64,000 bases of DNA. Origin: Negaprion brevirostris. Lineage: Eukaryota. This document shows positions 54,642 to 64,000 of the stretch, in pieces. The position numbers and the translations under genes are program-made. The DNA is taken from NCBI GenBank assembly GCA_030324005.1, contig JARDVH010000115.1, positions 34,432,792-34,496,791 of the forward strand, read 5' to 3'. The notes under the pieces were generated by a model. The model saw only the letters and a program-made list of their open reading frames with translations, made no database searches and was not told the DNA's origin. How positions within the stretch are numbered: position 1 is the first letter of the stretch; each line of letters begins with the position of its first letter.

Positions 54642-55101
54642 CTGTAGTTAGTAAACAGGGAGATCAATTTTAAAAGCTAAAAATAACATTTTGCAAAATG
54701 ATAGCTTTCTTTCAAATATGTACATTAAATTCAATTTTTTTGTATTTGCCATACAATATTCCTATATGTGGTGCAAGGTCAATATTTAACCTGCTGTGCT
54801 TTCCCAAAACGCAGGCATTTTAACAGAAAGATGTATAGAGGTGGGTTGTGTCACTCTGACACTTCTGCTTCCTGATCTCAGCTGTGTTACTTTGGGTAGG
54901 AGATGCCAAGTAAAGAAACAGGAGCAAGACTGAATGACCATTTTTGCACATCTCCCAGCAACCAGATCAGAGGGACATTGAAACATATGGTGTATGACCA
55001 GATACACAATAATAATCATATTCATACGCTTAAAAATGCAGTTTTGTACAATTAACAACTACCATACTCCAAGCAAATGTTAAAAATACAAATTTACATA
55101 C

Positions 55102-55160
55102 CAATGCAACATTTGTGGCAACCTTTTGTTTCTGGAATCTTTGTTGTTAAAGCAAATCTC
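55102..55160 (-). CDS. MAP4K5: MAP4K5 exon (RFALTTKIPETKGCHKCCI)
   Basis: Acceptor CAG at 55163-55161, donor GTATGT from 55101; 59 nt. Confidence 0.94.
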
Positions 55161-55519
55161 CTGGAAACAACATAGGGTAGATGTCAGTCATTGTATAAGA
55201 TGCTCATTAAATTATGACTCATGCTGCAAATCAATATTCTATATATACTTCCACCATTAAGTATCTTGAACTTACCCATGTGGACAAGTGTGTTTATTTT
55301 TTTTTTTACTATCCATTCCAGTAATCACTTCTGCCTGACTTCTGCTTAAGCATTTATGGCCATTCTAGTTTTCTCCTGTATGTTTGTATTTGCCCCCTTC
55401 CTGGTTTCTTTTTTAAATGCTGTTCATTAGTATAATCTTCCATCACACCAGAATATCTTAATCAGAAGATTTGCTTAGGGATCCACACAACCGAAACATA
55501 GTTCTTATCAGATGGAAAA

Positions 55520-56492
55520 AGAACAAAGAAAATTACAGCACAGGAACAGGCCCTTCATCCCTCCAAGCTGCCCGACTTAATTAAAACCCCCTACCCTTCT
55601 GGATATCATATCCCTCTATTCCCATCCTATTCATGTATCTGTCAAGACGTCCCTTAAAAGTCACTACCACATCTGCTTTCACTATCTCCCCTGGGAACAA
55701 GTTCCAGGCACCCACTACTCTCCGTGTGAAAAATCTGCCTTGTACATCTCCTATAAACCTTGCCCCTCGCAGCATCAAACCTGTGCCCCCTAGAAATTGA
55801 CTCTTCCACCCTGGAGAAAGCTTCTGACTATCCACTCTGTCCATGCCTCTCATAATTTTGTAGACTTCTATCAGGTCGCCCCCTCAACCTCCGTTNNNNN
55901 NNNNNNNNNNNNNNNNNNNNNNNNNNNNNNNNNNNNNNNNNNNNNNNNNNNNNNNNNNNNNNNNNNNNNNNNNNNNNNNNNNNNNNNNNNNNNNNTCTGT
56001 AAAAAATCTGCCTCGTACATCTTATTTAAACCTGTGCCCCCTAGTAATTGACTCTTCCACCCTGGGAAAAAGCTTTGACTATCCACTCTGTCAATGCCTC
56101 TCATAATCCTGTAGACTTCTATCAGGTCGGTCCTCAACTTCTGTTGTTCCAGTGAGAATAAACCAAGTTTCTCCAACTTCTCATAGCTAATGCCCTGCAT
56201 ACCAGGCAACATCCTAGTAAAACTGTTCTGTACCCTCTCCAAAGCCTCCACATCCTTCTGGTAGTGTGGCGATCAAAATTAAACACTATATTCCAAGTGT
56301 GGCCTAAGGTTCTGTATAGGTGCAACATAACTTGCCAATTTTTAAACTCAATGCCCCAGCCGACGAAGGCCAGCATGCCATACACCTTCTTGGCTACCTT
56401 CTCTGCCTGCATTATCACTTTGTGCCCTGTGTACCTGTATATCCAGATCCCTTTGTCTATCAATACTCTTAAGGGTTCTGCCATTTACTGTA
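55520..56492 (-). mobile_element. CR1 LINE 3' fragments (two overlapping 3' regions either side of the 55896-55995 gap)
   Basis: Minus-strand KKVYGMLAFVGWGIEFK, ALERVQNSFTRMLPG, LEKLGLFSLEQ, FFTRRVVGAWN. Confidence 0.85.
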
Positions 56493-56499
56493 TAAAAAA

Positions 56500-56619
56500 T
56501 GTCAGGAGTGCCATTTGAACCCACAGACCTAGAAAGGAACTAGTATTCATCAAGCTTAACACAAGGCAAGGAATCACATTCCTTGAATCTGGCACCTTAG
56601 ACCACTCAGCCACCCTGAC
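56500..56619 (-). pseudogene. Intron-containing tRNA-Leu(CAA) pseudogene
   Basis: Minus strand reads GTCAGGGTGGCTGAGTGGTCTAAGGTGCCAGATT-CAA-G, then a ~36 nt intron (56581-56546), then TACTAG...GTGGGTTCAAATGGCACTCCTGACA, then T6. The acceptor stem pairs; the anticodon and T stems each have two mismatches. Confidence 0.8.
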
Positions 56620-56864
56620 AACTTCTGCTTCATTTTGTGTATTTTTTGTTTTTGTCACATACATGCCTCAGTTGGGCAGACATTTGCTTGTTGATCACGT
56701 CAAGCACCAGAATCAATTGAGAGTTTGCCTGGAACTACTTAGAAGACTGGACTTCAAAAATGTCGAAGGAGGATGCTGAATAAAGACATATTTTACATTG
56801 TTCCAGCACAACGCATTGCAGGATTTTAAATGGAACTCAGTTCCACAAAATGTGGTTTCCTTAC

Positions 56865-56979
56865 CTGGGTAATATCTTGTCAGGCAAACGGTGTGTTTGA
56901 ATGTGGGATGCTAACCCTGGTTTCTTTGCCTGTTCAAATAAGGCTATCAGGTTGTGTGAATAAAGCTGAAAAGTTTTAC
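56865..56979 (-). CDS. MAP4K5: MAP4K5 exon (GKTFQLYSHNLIALFEQAKKPGLASHIQTHRLPDKILPR)
   Basis: Acceptor CAG at 56982-56980, donor GTAAG from 56864; 115 nt. Confidence 0.95.
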
Positions 56980-57574
56980 CTGTAATTGCAGAAAAACATG
57001 AAAAAAAGTCAAAGACTGACAACTGAAATCTACTCTCTCACCACAACTGTTTTGAGCCTGTACTATGATTTGTTGATGCACCAAACTGACTCCATGCTAA
57101 CTAATATCCTCAATTCACCCCATCACAAGGCCTCATCTCCTCTGTTTGAGGGCATGTCCCTCTCACCTTTTGTCTCAGCCACATGATCTGAATTACGCAT
57201 ATCTATTTGTATATGCATTTTGGCTCGTGCTCTGGATCAAGTCCATTACTCCAAGTTCAACATTGCCGCCACTACCCATACTCCAACTCTTCATTCTTTG
57301 CCTCTCAGCCCCCATCAGGAACTCCACATCAATGACATCCCATCCCTTTTAAAAGCATCTATATTTGTCCAGCTAATTTTTTTTTGTAGCATGTTCCATA
57401 TTCTGACCACATTTTGGACAAAGCAGTTTCTCTTGAATTCCTGATCAGATTTATTAGTGCCTATCTTATATTTGTGACCTCTAATTTTAGATTCCCCCAC
57501 AAGTGACATTTTCTATACTTCTCCCCTATTAAAATTCTTTTCATAATTTTAAAGACCTCTGCATTCTCTTTCTG

Positions 57575-57897
57575 TGGGGTGGCAGTGGTTAGCACCGCTG
57601 CTTCATAGTGCTAGGGACCTGGATTCAATTCTGGCCTTGGGTGATGTCGGTGTGGAGTTCGTACATTCTCCCAGTGTCTGCTGGGTTTCCTCCCACAGTT
57701 CAATGAGGTTAGGTGGATTGATCATACTAGATTGCCCCTGAACATCCAAAGGTATGCAAGTTAGGTGGATTAGTCATGGTAAATTTGCAGGGTAACAGGA
57801 AAAGGGCGGGTCTGGATAAGATGATCTTTCAGAGAGTTGGTGCAGACTCAATGGGCCAAATGGCCACCTCCTGCACTGTAGGGATGCTACATTCTGA
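57575..57897 (+). mobile_element. HE1-like SINE, tail A, nested in a minus-strand CR1 relic (~57300-58440)
   Basis: Complete head, core and tail; host CR1 coding SLVGESKIRGHKYKI..FVQNVVRIWN on the left. Confidence 0.8.
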
Positions 57898-58685
57898 GAG
57901 GAGAGCTAGCCTGTTCTGCCATTTCTTGATAAGCATACACTCAGTTCTGTTATTGTTCTCAGTATTTTTAGCACTTTCCCTAGTGTCCTTTGCAAAATAC
58001 GAAGATCAGTACTGTGCACAATATTCTAAATGTGGTCTAAGGCTGTAGACAAATTTAACATAACATAGAACATTACAGCGCAGTACAGGCCCTTTGGCCC
58101 TCAATGTTGCGCCGACCAGTGGAACCAATCTAATGACCAAGTGCTCAGCTTTTTAATCTTATTGCTCTAGAAATACATCCCAGTGCTTGCTTTAATTTTA
58201 AAAATGACTTAATTAATCTGCGTTATTACCTTTAGTGGGTTTGAGTATCTGTAGATCCCGTGGCACTTCTACCTCATTTAGACTATTATTCAAACAGTAC
58301 ATGGCTGCCTGATTGCTCCTAGCAAAACACATCAGTTCATACTTGTATATATTACAGACTTATTCTGCAAGTTTATCAATGCCAGGTTGTATGTTGTCAA
58401 GTTCTTTTTCAGTATTAACTACATCCCCAATTCCTCAGCATCCTATTCAAATCTGGGCACAGCTTTCAACTCCACATGCTCTCCATCATAAAGACTTCCT
58501 ATTTCCACCTCTAACAATGCACAGCTTCACCCTTGTATCTGCATATTTGCTGTTGAAGCCCTCATCCATGCCTTTGTTGCATTCGGACTCCACTATTCCA
58601 ATCTTCCCTATGCCAGATTCCTATTCTCCACTCTCCATGAGCTTCTCAACTAAAACACTGCTTCCTGTATTACGTTGCACAAAAA

Positions 58686-60245
58686 CTGATAAATCCAGGC
58701 CCAGACATATTGTTAATGAAAGTCAGGGAGTAAACAGTGGATGCTCCAAGAATCATTTTCCGATCTTCACTAGATACAGGCGAGGTATCAGAGATTTGGA
58801 GGCTGTGAACGCTGCTCCATTATTTGTAAAGGCAGGGGGGGACTGGTTTGTCAGAGATAAGCCAAGTAATAATAAGCTCTTCAGTGTGAGATCAGTGGTA
58901 GGAAAATTATTAGAACCAATTATGAGACAGGATAAACTGTCATTTAGAAAGGAATGGATTCATCGGGGATAGTCGGCATTGTTTTGCTGGAGTGCAGGGG
59001 TTGGGCGGGGAGGCGGGGGGTCATGTCTTACTAACTTGAATCAATTTTTTTGAGCAAGTTTCACAGAGGATTAACAACAGTAATGCAGTGCATGTTGTCT
59101 ACATGGATTTTGGTAGGGAATCTGATAAGGTACATGACAGACTGATCAGAAAAGTAAAAGTCCATGAGATACAGGAATGTGTCAGATCCAAATTGGTTCA
59201 GGGACAGAAAACAAAGGCAAACGATTGATGGATGTTTTTGCTAATGGAAAGTGCTTTTCAGAGGCATTTCACATTTTGGATTCCTTGCTATTTAGTGCAT
59301 GTATTAATAATTGTAAATGTGGGAAGCATGATTGAGAAATTTGCAGACCCAGAAATTGACTGTGCAGTTGATAGCGAAAATGATAGCTGTTGCCTCCAGA
59401 ATTATATCATTAGTTGGATGAGTGAGTGGAAAAGCAGTAAATGAGTTTTGATCTGAAGAAGTGGAAGGTAATGCATTTGGGGAGCACAGACAAAGCTAAG
59501 GAATACACAATAAATAGGAGATATTGGGAAGGGCAAAGGAATAAAGAGACCTTAGAGTACATGTCCACAGGTTCCTGAAGGTGGCAGAGCAGGTGGATAA
59601 GCTGGTGGAGAAAGCACATGAAATGCTTTCCCTAATTGGACATGGTATAAAATACAAAAGCAGGATGTAACGATGGAACCGTATAAAATGTTGGTTAGGC
59701 CACAGCTAGACCAGCAGTACTCATTGCCACATTACAGGATGGACGTAATTGCTCCAGAGAAAGTACACAGGAGGGTTACAATGTTGTTGTCAGGGCTTGA
59801 AAATTGCAGCTATGAGGAAATAATCAGATTGTTTTCCTTAGAATTGAGGGTGACCTGATTGAGGTGTGCAAGATTATGAGGGGCCTAGATAGAGTACACA
59901 TGGCTGCAATGTATCACCTAGCAGAACAGGTCAATTACGAAGGGGCGCAGATTAAAGTTGATAGTGAAAAGAACAGCTGTTAGAAGCATCAGAGGGGACA
60001 TGAGGAAAAATTTCTTCACCCAGAGAGGTGTGGGTGTTTGGAATTTGCTGCCAGGTTTAGGTTTGGTAGTGGAGGCAGAAACCCTCAACTCATTTAAAGA
60101 GGCACTTGGATCTGCACCTCAAGTGCTGTAATCTGCAAGGCAATGGACATAGTGCTGGAAGGGAAAATTAGAATGAGCAGCTAGGTATTTTTCTGTTTTG
60201 GCTGAATGGCTTCTTTTTGTGTCATAATTTTTCTATAGTTCTAAT
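58686..60245 (+). mobile_element. CR1 LINE ORF2 (RT) relic inserted into an L2 relic (58440-58685 and 60246-60665)
   Basis: DKSRP..., RDKPSN..SVRSVVGKLLE, VYMDF, EKFAD, LVRPQL, ALE.V.RR motifs with frameshifts; L2-type coding (SRL.YS..; ITHVPADLQW) is split on either side. Confidence 0.8.
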
Positions 60246-63200
60246 TCTGGCTCACCAATCACCCATGTGCCTGCTGATCTACAATGGGATGCCTGGTTTT
60301 CCCATGCCTCCAATTTAAATGCCTTCAATATCTCCAATCACCTCCAACCCAACAAACAGCAACCCTCTCCATCTCTCAGGTCTTTTATTCCTTAGACCCC
60401 ATGTCCTACTGCAGGTGCCCCAATCCCAATCTCTCTAACACTGGTTTCCAGGCCTCAACCACCATGGCACTATGGTTCTAAAATTTTCTTGTTAAACCTA
60501 ATTGCATTTCTCTCTTTCCTCCTTCAAGGCCCTCTTCAAACCCTGCTGCTACTCTCCCATTTTCTCTTTCACATAGTCAACCATTTTTGTCAGATTACAT
60601 CCTGAGGGCCTTGGGATGCTTCCTGCACATTAAAGACATTATTAAAATCTAAGCTGGCGCATTGAATTGTCATTTTGATTCAACATACCAAAATTAAAAT
60701 CTCTTAGCAGAATCAAACGTATGATAAACGCATGTTAGAAAATATTGTGATTTGAACATTCTAAAAATTTATGCTTGTTGAAGAAAATTTGTAATGCTTT
60801 TACAAACAAAATGTATTATCGTCGCTAACAGATTTGCTTTTAGGTAGGAAACAATAAAATCACAACATGGAAACAAAGTACTGCGGATATTGAAAGTCTC
60901 AGATAAAACAACTGCTGGAAAAACTCAGGTCTGGCAGTATCTGTGGAGAGAGAAAGAGTTAATACTTTGAATCCAATGTGATTCTTCTTTAGAACCTGTT
61001 GAGGTTTCCAGCACTGTAGGTATTAATATCACAATATTTGCTGGGTGTTCTCCTGGTGAAAATCAGTCCATAGTCAGAGTTATAAGGTCATACGACACAG
61101 AGGACAACCATTTGGCTCATCAAATCAAGGTTAACTCACTGTTGAGTGATCCAGTCTTTCCGATTCCCTCATCTATCCTCATAGTCCTGCAAGTTTATTT
61201 CGCTCAAGTGCCGATCCAATTTCCTTTTGAAATCATTTAACCGCCTCTGCTTCCAACACCCTTTTTTGCAACGAGTACCCTTCCTCGCTCGACAGGGACT
61301 TGGGGAAATTCTGGAGTGTTAGCAACTATGTTGACAAGGAATCTAATTTCAAGCTAAGATATATCTTGCTTTAACCTGAATTAACTGTGAATAGTATATT
61401 GCGAGGATTGATTTAAAATCTATTGAAGATAATTGTAACTTTACATCTGTGAGGATCAGTACGCCCATGAACAAGTGAAGATAGTTCAGACTAGATTACA
61501 TTTACCTGATCTTATTCTTTGTTCAACTTTTCTTTCATCACATTGAGTATATATTTAACTAATGTGATAAATGTAAAAATAGAAACAATGGAGCAAGAAA
61601 CCAAAATGAGAAGGTGCACAATGAGCTCAAACATTACATTGAATAAATGCATGAAACAGAGTATACTGCTCAGCTAAAGTCTTAAAAGTATGGTACCCAA
61701 CTGCAAAAGCATGAGGACCGAGTACAAATCTAGAGACCACTGTTACTGTCCAAACCACTACAGGTCCTATCTTCAATGCTCTATGCCATTCTGTTCATCT
61801 AATCACTATAAAGATATCACAGTCCCTAAGAAAGTACTGTACAACTGGCAAATGAATGTTTGCAAACATCACCACCTGCAAATTCCCCTCCAAGTCATAC
61901 ATCATCCTGACTTGGAAGTAAATGCTGCACCTTCACTGTAGCTGGGCCAAAATCCCAGAACTCTCTTCCTAACAGCACTGAGTGCATCAATACCAAATGG
62001 ACTGCAGCAGGACAAAAGGACAGCTTAGCACCGCTTTTGTAAAGAAAATTACGTATGGGCAATAAGTGCTGGCCTTGCCAGTGACACTCATCCCATAAAT
62101 GAGTGATCTGCAGTCCTGTTATATCTAATCATGAATGGGGGGGGGGGGTGCTGATCAATTAAACAATTAATGGGACTTGATAATTCCATGAACACCTCCA
62201 GCCTCAATTATGGCAGAGCCCAGAATTATTGCAAAAGACAATATAAAGCATCTGAAATCATCTATAACCAAAAGTGCCAATGATCAATTCCAGCTTAGCC
62301 TTTAGGTCCTAATATAACAGACACATTCATCACTGATTGGATTCAGGTAATATCAAGAAAGGGTTGAGCATACTGCACATAGGAAAAGATTTTTGCAAAA
62401 ACGGAAAATGCTGGAAATATTCAGCAGATCTGGTAGCATCAGTGCAGAGAGAAACAGAGTTAACATTTCAGATTGCGATCCTAATAAACTGAAGTCAATG
62501 GAAACTGGAGAAAACTCTCCACTATTTGGAGTCATGTCTAGTGACAGCTATGTTGGAGCACTGAAGATAATGATTGTGATTGCAGAAGACTAATCATCTC
62601 AGCCACAGGGCATCAGTGCAGAAGTTGCTTAAAGCAGTGTCCAAGACTCAAACTACTTTAGCTGTTTCAATGATCTCTCCCAGCCCATCAGATGATGGGA
62701 AATGGGGATGTTCTGCAGAATGTTCAGTTCCATTCACAACTCCTCAGATAACAAAGCAGTCCATATTTCACGCAGTAAACCATGAAAAAATCATCAGGCT
62801 TCTGCTGATAAGTGGCAGGTCCTTACAGCACACAGTGCTCAATGACCATCAGCAACTTAACTATACCCCCAGAACAATAAATACCATTACATTCACTAAA
62901 TTCCCTACCATCAATAAGAGGTGGAGGTGGCAGTGGTCACAATTGACCAAAAACTTAATTGAGACTAGCCAAATAAGTACAGTAGCTATGAGAGATCAGA
63001 TGCTAGATGTTCTACTAGCGACTCACTTGATTTCACAAATACTTGTCCCCACCTACAAGGCGCAAATCAGCAGTGTGATGGAACACTTCACTTGCCTGGA
63101 TGAGTGCAACTCCAACAACACTCATTATTAATAATATTCAGGACAACGCAAATATTCATATCCCATAGCAGTTGTACAACATGACTTCTGTGTGTACCAT

Positions 63201-64000
63201 GTTTAAGATGCACAGCAGCAGCATGCCAAAGCTCTGCAACATCATTTTCTAAACCTGTTATAAATACCTTATTCTTAATTCAGATATTTTTAATTCTGGG
63301 AAAATTAAAGTTAACTATAAAAAGGGATGAATGCAACTAAAGCAGTCCAAAAAAATAGTAGAGAATGGGGAGCAGGCAAGAAGATTGAATCAAAACAAAG
63401 TTAGGTCTTTCCTACATCCTTATCTTAAAAGGTTGGAGTCATGTTGACACAACACATTAACAGCTAGAAAGGCAAGATCATAAAACAGCAAGTGCACTTA
63501 TTTAGCTGGAGAATTGAAGACAAGCTATCTGCACTGTTTGCAAAGAGATGCAGCCCAAAGAATAGTTTTGTTCTGGGAGTTAAGGCTGCAATCAATTTAA
63601 ATGCAGTGAGTGCAGAAAGACTACCATTGTCAGAGATGGGTGGAGTGTGAAAAATTCTAAAAAAGGGTGAAAAAGGGTTTCAAGCGATCTGTTCATTTGC
63701 TGGGGGCATGAGAACTCAGCAGGGGAAAAGTCCAGGTCAAAAAGGTGCTGCTGTTAGCAGGCTCCCAACAGCAAGTGTTTTGCTTTTAGCTGGCTTTGTG
63801 TAATTAGGGCTCAGGAGAAGTCCTGGGCATAGGGAATGTGTCAAAAGGTCTATGCTGGAAAAGGTTAAGGTTCAGAAGAAATCTTGAGAGCCATTTATAG
63901 CTTGGAGTAGCAAGGAGATTAGAACTTGGTGAAATCTGGGGACAGTGCTGTGCAATGAAGCTAACTGGCTATTAAATAGCTGAAATCACACAAGTAGAGG

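Larger units (their letters stand above)
39462..56979 (-). other. MAP4K5: MAP4K5 gene, 3' portion (nine CNH-domain coding exons; upstream exons not identified in the window)
   Basis: Exons of 115,59,104,178,69,93,71,56,88 nt splice in frame and end in ...[13 protein letters not shown]. Residues such as GKTFQLYSHNLIALFE, KKLASELSFDF and PTAHSN fit recalled MAP4K5 better than MAP4K3. Confidence 0.92.

Noticed and set aside
55725-56150. Direct repeat either side of the 100-N gap
   Set aside because: Two CR1 3' copies or a scaffolding overlap; cannot be resolved and is unremarkable
58313-58972. 219-aa ORF
   Set aside because: Chance fusion of L2 and CR1 relic sequence, mostly off-frame
62580-63131. 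183-aa ORF
   Set aside because: Decayed LINE RT-region sequence related to the 3150-3850 family; no intact catalytic motif
56980-64000. Further upstream MAP4K5 exons
   Set aside because: No convincing MAP4K5-like peptide with splice sites found; the next exon is probably beyond the window, though a short one could have been missed

Overview
Eukaryotic (vertebrate) genomic DNA, AT-rich and with about 11 assembly gaps (N runs). It is most likely a shark: it is full of elasmobranch HE1/V-SINE-like tRNA-derived SINEs, CR1, L2 and Rex/Babar-like LINE relics. Two intron-containing protein-coding genes lie head-to-tail on the minus strand. One is the last nine coding exons and 3' UTR of MAP4K5 (CNH domain, 56979->39462). 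The other is the first eight coding exons of CDKL1 (ATG at 35842, running off the left edge after position 76; 945 nt = 315 codons, all GT-AG and phase-consistent). Most of the supplied ORFs are spurious, repeat-derived or run through N gaps. I found no new gene system. The most unusual structures are: a ~1.4 kb fold-back inverted duplication in CDKL1 intron 1 that includes unique flanking DNA; an intron-containing tRNA-Leu(CAA) pseudogene abutting a CR1 fragment; two local direct duplications with almost the same ~890 bp offset; inverted SINEs bracketing the frame-neutral activation-loop exon of CDKL1; and RFX X-box-like motifs. Repeat family names come from recalled consensus motifs, not a database search, and repeat boundaries are approximate.
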